A DNA stretch of 64,000 nt, from contig CAISZI010000040.1 in assembly GCA_903889905.1 (NCBI GenBank), positions 148-64,147 of the forward strand. Direction: 5' to 3'. Numbering within the stretch: the stretch's first letter is position 1; each line of letters starts with the position of its first letter. This DNA comes from Candidatus Wirthbacteria bacterium (GTDB lineage: Bacteria; Patescibacteriota; CG2-30-54-11). Shown piece after piece: positions 58,400 through 64,000 of the stretch. The notes beneath the pieces were generated by a model, which saw nothing but the letters and a program-made list of their open reading frames with translations, was not told the DNA's origin and did no database searches. Made by a program: the position numbers and the translations under genes.

Positions 58400-59776
58400 A
58401 TGCAGTTTATCAAAAACAAAATTTCCTCTTATATTCGTTTCCTGGCTGACAATCAGCAGGTTTTTCTATCGTTGCTGTTGATTTTGCTTGTTCCTGGCAT
58501 TCTGGTGTTCAATACGGTGTTTGTGGTCAAGTCCATGGACGACAATATGAATTACGAACTGCGCCTCAAAGCCGAAATGGCTGGCAGTATCGTGGCACGC
58601 TACTCGTCGGATTTGCTTGGCGATCCAACCCAGCTGCAAGCCAAAATCAAACTTACCGTCGATGAAAGTCTGCACAGTTCCACTCGCAAAGTGACGATCA
58701 TGGTGCCTGAGGGTGAGAATTTTCAGGTGCTGGCCTCATCGGATCAAAGTGAAATTAGCCAAATTCGGCCGCAGCTGCAGTACACCGTTGCCTGGCATCA
58801 ACATGCCACCATTGCTCAACTTGTCCAAACGGTTCAAAATCACCAGACCGAGCGTCTCTGGCAGGTGGTGACGCCTATTGCCACGCCCACAGGTTCAAAG
58901 CTCGGTTTGGTCGAAATCCTGGTTTCTACTGCCGACATGGATGCCCGTACTCAAACTGTGCTGGTCAATTCGGTGTTGGTACTGGTGGCTTCCATTGGTC
59001 TGGTGCTGCTGTTGATTGCCAACAATGCCCGTTTGTTTCAATACGCTTTGCTGTTCCACAAACTGCAGGAAGTGGACAAAATGAAGGATAACTTCATCTC
59101 GATCGCTTCCCACGAACTCAAAACTCCCGTGACCGCTGCCAAAGGCTTCCTGAGTCTGGTGGAACAGGAAAAGCAAGTCCTGCCAGCCGAAATCCAGTCG
59201 GACATCAATAAAGCCAATATGAGCCTGGAACGGCTTTCTGACCTGGTCAACGACCTGCTCAATGTCAGCCGCATCGAACAAAAACGGCTTGCCATTGATC
59301 CGGTGCCGACGGACATCCGGACTGTGGTGGGTGAGGTTTTTGAAGATTTGTCCGGCTCAGCCCAAAAAAAAGGACTGACGATTGAGTATCACCCGTTCAC
59401 AGGTGAATTGCCTCCGGTCTTGATCGACCCCGCCAAATTTCGTCAAATCATGGTTAATCTGCTCACCAACGCCATCAAATACACCATTTCCGGCAAAGTG
59501 GAAGTGAATATCATTTTTGAAGATTTGGGCAAAGTAGCCGTCAGTGTCAAGGATACCGGTATAGGCATGTCTGCAGGCGATATGGAAAAGTTGTTTACCC
59601 AGTTCTATCGCGTCCGCAATCGCAAAGCTCGCGACATTGTCGGTACGGGCCTCGGACTCTGGATCACCAAACAGCTGACCGAGATGATGGATGGCAAAAT
59701 TCTGGTTGAAAGCATCGAAGATGTCGGTTCCCGTTTCACGGTCGTCTTTTCCGTCATCCCGACCAAGAAGAAATAA
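58400..59776 (+). CDS. Membrane sensor histidine kinase
   Basis: Two TM helices, SHELKTP, NAIKY, DTGIG and GTGLGL. Confidence 0.95.
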   Translation: MQFIKNKISSYIRFLADNQQVFLSLLLILLVPGILVFNTVFVVKSMDDNMNYELRLKAEMAGSIVARYSSDLLGDPTQLQAKIKLTVDESLHSSTRKVTIMVPEGENFQVLASSDQSEISQIRPQLQYTVAWHQHATIAQLVQTVQNHQTERLWQVVTPIATPTGSKLGLVEILVSTADMDARTQTVLVNSVLVLVASIGLVLLLIANNARLFQYALLFHKLQEVDKMKDNFISIASHELKTPVTAAKGFLSLVEQEKQVLPAEIQSDINKANMSLERLSDLVNDLLNVSRIEQKRLAIDPVPTDIRTVVGEVFEDLSGSAQKKGLTIEYHPFTGELPPVLIDPAKFRQIMVNLLTNAIKYTISGKVEVNIIFEDLGKVAVSVKDTGIGMSAGDMEKLFTQFYRVRNRKARDIVGTGLGLWITKQLTEMMDGKILVESIEDVGSRFTVVFSVIPTKKK

Positions 59777-60259
59777 GTGAGGAGAAATTTAGTGTTTAAT
59801 AGCATCACCAAAATGACAAAAAAAAAGAGCAGTTTATCAACGCTTGCCAACCACAAGACAATCAGCGATGCCCGTCGCATGCTGCCACTTGCGGAGCTGA
59901 AGATCCTGATGGTGGAAGACGACCCGTTTTTGCGCGACCTTTACCAGCGTATTTTTGACCGTGCCAGCATCAAGGTAGAACTGGCGCGCGACGGTGAAGA
60001 GGGTTTTGACGTGGTCAAAGCCCAGAAACCCGATCTGATGCTGCTCGACGTGATGTTGCCCGGCATTACTGGTCCCGAACTATTGAGCAAAATGGCCAAA
60101 GAACTGGAATATGTCCCCATGGTGATCATGCTCTCCGACCTGGATCAGATTGGCGTGAAAGACAAATGCATCAACCTGGGTGCCAAAGCATTTATTTCCA
60201 AAAACGACGTGAGTGGCCCGGAGTTGCTACGGAAGGTTGAAGAAATCTTGAAAGCGTAG
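59777..60259 (+). CDS. Single-domain response regulator; start uncertain (59813 or 59879 possible)
   Basis: VEDD, LLDVMLPG and FISK; no output domain. Confidence 0.88.
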   Translation: MRRNLVFNSITKMTKKKSSLSTLANHKTISDARRMLPLAELKILMVEDDPFLRDLYQRIFDRASIKVELARDGEEGFDVVKAQKPDLMLLDVMLPGITGPELLSKMAKELEYVPMVIMLSDLDQIGVKDKCINLGAKAFISKNDVSGPELLRKVEEILKA

Positions 60260-60261
60260 GC

Positions 60262-60411
60262 TTGACCATACCTTAAACGAGGCTTAAAATTAATACCTGA
60301 ACTCATCAGGCGAAAAAAGCTGATTTCACCCTAATACCAAAACCCGTTTCCGCAGGTTAGCCCTCAAAAAGCAAAAACAGAAATGTTTAAACCATGGAAA
60401 CGGATTTTTTT
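60262..60411 (+). promoter_or_regulatory. Promoter followed by a short structured, terminator-ended segment
   Basis: TTGACC-17 bp-TAAAAT, hairpin CCTGA/TCAGG, and stem CCGTTTCC/GGAAACGG plus T7. Confidence 0.45.
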
Positions 60412-60503
60412 ATGAGGGAAAATCATTAAGTATATTGTTCGACAAGCAAGTAAAGTAACTAGACGTCACATTTAATAATACAAGGAGTGACGAGAAAATA
60501 TTG

Positions 60504-60659
60504 AGCGTAATGGTGACATCGCGCAAGCCACGGTTTGTTTACACAGGCAAAGGTGACTACGCCGCCACGTCGCGGGCGTCGTTTAAGAGGGTGAAGGCAC
60601 AGGCGATAGAGGATGTGCGGTGGCGGATTGAGGAGATGGAGAAAAGAGTTAATTCGTAA
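60504..60659 (+). pseudogene. Fragment homologous to the 3' end of the downstream gene (61528-61682); holds a 49-aa ORF at 60510-60659
   Basis: Codon-level alignment shows mostly synonymous differences and one 2-nt deletion. Confidence 0.85.
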
Positions 60660-60671
60660 TTGGAGTTTGAC

Positions 60672-61682
60672 ATGGTTGAAATTTCCAAAGAAATAATGGC
60701 AGATGCTGTCAGAATATTGAACTTCCTCGAAAACCCGGCTTACTTTTGCGACAAAAGGACACACCTGTTGATGGGAAATGAGTTGATGCTGAAAATGTTT
60801 GGATTAAATGAAAAAATGGCCAGTCACATTCTTGGTAAAAACTGGATTGACGTACTTTTGGATCAGAATTTCGGTGTTCGATCGATAATCCCGCCAGCTG
60901 AGTGGGAAAAATTAGCTTTGCAACAATTGGTCAAAATTCGTCAGCTTTACCCCAAAGAAAGCATTCTCGAATTTGAACGAGAAATGTCAAAATATCAAGA
61001 GTTTGATTACTTGTGGCAAAAGAGTAAAGAGTTGGTTTCGGCAAACCCAATTTTTGAACGTGGCGTGATGAAGTTTGATTTGGCTGGATCTACCAAAACA
61101 TTTATCCTCTTGGCTTATCATTATCCAACTCAGGATTATTTGATTGTAGAGTATTTGCCGGCAGATAAGGGCACAACCGATTTCTTGGATTTGATGAGAA
61201 AAGAAAGAGAACCAACAGAAATTTCAGATCATTTTGTTACAGAAATGATACGAAATTACAGTTTGATCAGGAAGTTGAGGGAATCACCGATAATCCTGAT
61301 GAATTGTGTTAAAAAAGAAGCGGACTGTTCAGGCAATGACTTGATTAATGCTCTACGAACTATAGTGGACAAGGTCATTGGCGGTTTTGAACCCAATACC
61401 AATTTTTCAATTCGATCATCTGTTCGTCTCAAATACGAAATCCTCCGCATGATGGCCTACGAAGGTGCCACCGACGAGCAGATCATGTGGGACCTGGGCT
61501 TCGAGCCTGACAGCGACTTCTGGGCCAAGCGCAATGGCGACATTGCGCGCAAACCACGGTTCCCCTACACGGGCAAAGGCGATTACGCTGCCACGTCACG
61601 GGCGTCGTTTAAGAGGTTGAAGGCTCAGGCGATTGAGGATGTGAGGTGGCGGATCGAGGAGATGGAGAAAAGAACTAATTAA
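60672..61682 (+). CDS. Putative transcriptional regulator with PAS/MmyB-like N-terminus and HTH-like C-terminus
   Basis: NPAYFCDKRTHLLMGN resembles the start of a PAS/MmyB domain; EILRMMAYEGATDEQI...SRASFKRLKAQAI resembles sigma-4/LuxR-like helices; GGAG precedes ATG 60672. Confidence 0.55.
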   Translation: MVEISKEIMADAVRILNFLENPAYFCDKRTHLLMGNELMLKMFGLNEKMASHILGKNWIDVLLDQNFGVRSIIPPAEWEKLALQQLVKIRQLYPKESILEFEREMSKYQEFDYLWQKSKELVSANPIFERGVMKFDLAGSTKTFILLAYHYPTQDYLIVEYLPADKGTTDFLDLMRKEREPTEISDHFVTEMIRNYSLIRKLRESPIILMNCVKKEADCSGNDLINALRTIVDKVIGGFEPNTNFSIRSSVRLKYEILRMMAYEGATDEQIMWDLGFEPDSDFWAKRNGDIARKPRFPYTGKGDYAATSRASFKRLKAQAIEDVRWRIEEMEKRTN

Positions 61683-61730
61683 GTGTCGGGTTTCCTGGTG
61701 CTCACTAAGCATCAATTATCTAGAATTGCG

Positions 61731-63638
61731 TTAGTTGTCGCCTGGAAATATAAATCCCGCCTGCACAAGTTGTCTCAAATTAGTGAGATTCACAATGCGT
61801 TGCGAAAAATGTTTGCGAGTGGTTCTGTTTTGCATGAAATCACTTAGAAGATAAGTATATCCGGTTTGATTTGGCTTTTTGCGCTCTTGACGAAAGGGTT
61901 TGTTGAGATAGGTAAGCATATCCTTGACAGGCATGTCGCCATTGGCGAGGCAAGCTTTGACCCGGTCAGCACTTGTCTTGTACTTAACAATACATAGATG
62001 TTCACTTCGCTGGACAGCAAAATCAGGGTCATAAAAAAGTGCAATCATACCCAGAAGGTGATCGGTATGCATATTTGGAGTGATGTTTTGATTTGGGGAT
62101 GGATAAAGTTGTTGATTAATTTCAGCCAGTGGATTTAATAGCCCTGCTTCAGGGATCTGATCGGGCGAGATTGCACTTCCATTCGTCACATAATCGCGGA
62201 TGGTAGGTTTATTCACCTCAAGCGCAATATAGGTTGCCGGAGATTGTCCAAGCTTACATTTGTAAAAAGCGGCATCTCGACCCAGTAGTGAGGACAAGAC
62301 GCTTTGATTGTCATCGCAAGACGACAAGACAGCTAATATCCCAGGGTGCTTATCACTTATTGGCACAGAATGACGGAAAACCGTTTTGGGTTGATGCGTA
62401 TGGAGCGAAATATGATCGTTAATTATGCGAAATGTGTTTGGGTCTGTTTTCAGAACCAGGACAGACCTCGGGGCGTCGTCCCATGCCTCCCGTTGCTGGC
62501 GCGTGGATGGCATGTGCCAATGTGCTGCATATTGAACGGATGTTCGTTGCTGACCTGTTGGTTTTAACCAGTTCTGTACAAAAACACCAATGGGATCCTG
62601 GGCGTCAGACATCTGGTCAAAGAGCCGGTCACTACTGTTCAGGATACTAAAAGAAAGGGCGTCATCCGCGCGCAGAGGGAGTGGATGGTCATTGTCGGCG
62701 GCATGAGCATCAAGTTTAAAGTTTTTTATCTGGGTCCCAAGTCGTATACCACTGGCTTCGAGTCTGCTGATGATCAGGTCCGACATCTCTCGCCAACCAA
62801 GGAAAGTCGCCAAATTGGCAGCAATACGACCGCGCAGGAGTTTAACGTCTTTCATTTTGCCATCCAGATTTTCGCAGATATCAGCAATTTTAATAAAAAA
62901 GGCACGCCAATGCTCAGGTGACTTGGTTGCCGATTCAAACACGTGGAGCAGAGAGTAAACCACGTGCAGTATTTTTTCCTGATCCTTTTCGCCAAGGGTT
63001 CCGCTGGTTTCTTCGATTAAATCAGCTATGACCCGATACAGGGGATGTTTTTGGAGCATCTCATGGTTCAGGTTGGTTGGGAGATCGGGCTCGGTAACCG
63101 CAGCAATCACTTCTGTGAGCGTTTGGGCGCGGGCGGTATTGCCAAACAGTGTTTGGATCTGGTTGATCCAGGCGGCCGCTTTTAACCCGTCACCCAGATC
63201 CACATCTTCAACCACGTCATGCAGCAGGGCAGCGGCAATCGTGATAGCATCTAAATTGGCCTGCATCAAATGTTGGGCAATAGCGATGGGGTGCATAATA
63301 TAAAGTTCACCATTTTTGCGTCGCCTGGCTTTGAGGTCATGGTTCGATTGATGCGCAAAAGTGGCCAGATCGAGGGCTCGAATGATAAAGGCTGCGTCCG
63401 ATGGATGATATCTCTGTCTGATCTCATGGCTGATTGTAATGTAGGTGTTTTCAAAAAGTCGCCACGCATTATCGCAGCTCATGTTATTGACCAAATCAGG
63501 CCCTGAATCGGTTGGATGCGCATAGTCTCTGAAGCGATGGATGTCATCGATTTGAGCCTCAGGCCCGATGTCAAAAAAAATACTTGGCATTTTTGGCTCT
63601 AATGGTTTAAAGCGATCCATCACGCGTTTTTTGAACAA
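61731..63638 (-). CDS. RelA/SpoT-type HD domain protein with long unknown C-terminus
   Basis: FAH...RRKNGELYIMHP, AAALLHDVVED and IKIAD; no synthetase motifs seen. Confidence 0.75.
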   Translation of the reverse strand: MFKKRVMDRFKPLEPKMPSIFFDIGPEAQIDDIHRFRDYAHPTDSGPDLVNNMSCDNAWRLFENTYITISHEIRQRYHPSDAAFIIRALDLATFAHQSNHDLKARRRKNGELYIMHPIAIAQHLMQANLDAITIAAALLHDVVEDVDLGDGLKAAAWINQIQTLFGNTARAQTLTEVIAAVTEPDLPTNLNHEMLQKHPLYRVIADLIEETSGTLGEKDQEKILHVVYSLLHVFESATKSPEHWRAFFIKIADICENLDGKMKDVKLLRGRIAANLATFLGWREMSDLIISRLEASGIRLGTQIKNFKLDAHAADNDHPLPLRADDALSFSILNSSDRLFDQMSDAQDPIGVFVQNWLKPTGQQRTSVQYAAHWHMPSTRQQREAWDDAPRSVLVLKTDPNTFRIINDHISLHTHQPKTVFRHSVPISDKHPGILAVLSSCDDNQSVLSSLLGRDAAFYKCKLGQSPATYIALEVNKPTIRDYVTNGSAISPDQIPEAGLLNPLAEINQQLYPSPNQNITPNMHTDHLLGMIALFYDPDFAVQRSEHLCIVKYKTSADRVKACLANGDMPVKDMLTYLNKPFRQERKKPNQTGYTYLLSDFMQNRTTRKHFSQRIVNLTNLRQLVQAGFIFPGDN

Positions 63639-63999
63639 AGCGGTCAGCTCTTCCGGTCAAATCAACCATGCGACTTCTAAAGGTTTTAAATTTCATGTTG
63701 GGAGCAAGTGATCTTAATCTAGTAACAGGTGACAGACATAGATCTGGATGATATTGCGATAGCGTTGACTTGGCTCGTTCCTCAAATCCTTCGATTTTGA
63801 GGAGTTCTTGCACTTCTTCAACCGTCATGTCGGCGCTTAAAAATGTGATCCATGGTAAGGTCTCTCCCGTTTTGATTTTTTGTAACCATCTGACCGGAAC
63901 AACGGGATTCTCACCGCGTTGAAAGGGGAGGTCTTCGTAGTAGCAAAAAGACACCATGCTCTGGATAAAATCGAGCCAGGTGGGGTCTGTATCATCCAG
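63607..63999 (-). CDS. Hypothetical protein, truncated by the window end
   Basis: Frame stays open upstream of ATG 63957 to the window edge (LDDTDPTWLDFIQSMVSF...). Confidence 0.55.
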   Translation of the reverse strand: MDDTDPTWLDFIQSMVSFCYYEDLPFQRGENPVVPVRWLQKIKTGETLPWITFLSADMTVEEVQELLKIEGFEERAKSTLSQYHPDLCLSPVTRLRSLAPNMKFKTFRSRMVDLTGRADRFVQKTRDGSL

Positions 64000-64000
64000 T

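Noticed and set aside
60504-61682. Diversity-generating retroelement TR/VR pair
   Set aside because: Differences are mostly synonymous third-position changes rather than adenine-specific, and no reverse transcriptase is present in the window.
1-64000. Alternative genetic code (TGA read as Gly or Trp)
   Set aside because: Conserved genes are uninterrupted under code 11, and several end in TGA at expected positions (17593, 35939, 42207).

Overview
Gene-dense bacterial chromosomal window (standard code 11; the gene style is loosely CPR/Patescibacteria-like, but this is an impression only). Bases 1-33 kb hold a nucleotide and amino-acid metabolism cluster: thrC, ridA, class Ic nrdAB with tandem NrdR boxes, carAB, serB-serA and serC, carbamate kinase, an arginine synthetase-like (ArcE)-ornithine carbamoyltransferase fusion, pyrB-pyrF-pyrC-pyrE-pyrD-pyrK and prs. 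Bases 33-60 kb are housekeeping (galT, recO, rluD, rfbB, holB, rsmE, rpsU, uvrB, rel, recJ, asnS, nusA and a two-component pair). An AT-richer accessory region ends the window. The most notable observations are: (1) an arcC plus arcE-argF fusion module inside the pyrimidine cluster; (2) PyrB carrying a carbamoyl-phosphate-synthetase-type MGS allosteric domain with no pyrI in the window, and ThrC carrying a LeuA regulatory domain; (3) a 111-bp palindromic repeat inserted in frame in carA; (4) two loci where a diverged copy of a gene's 3' end is duplicated next to orphan, AT-rich DNA; (5) attenuator-like leaders before carA and pyrB; (6) a candidate ~180-nt structured RNA beside rel. No CRISPR array, tRNA, rRNA, transposase, integrase or reverse transcriptase was recognised. 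All family assignments come from motif recognition by eye, not from database searches.
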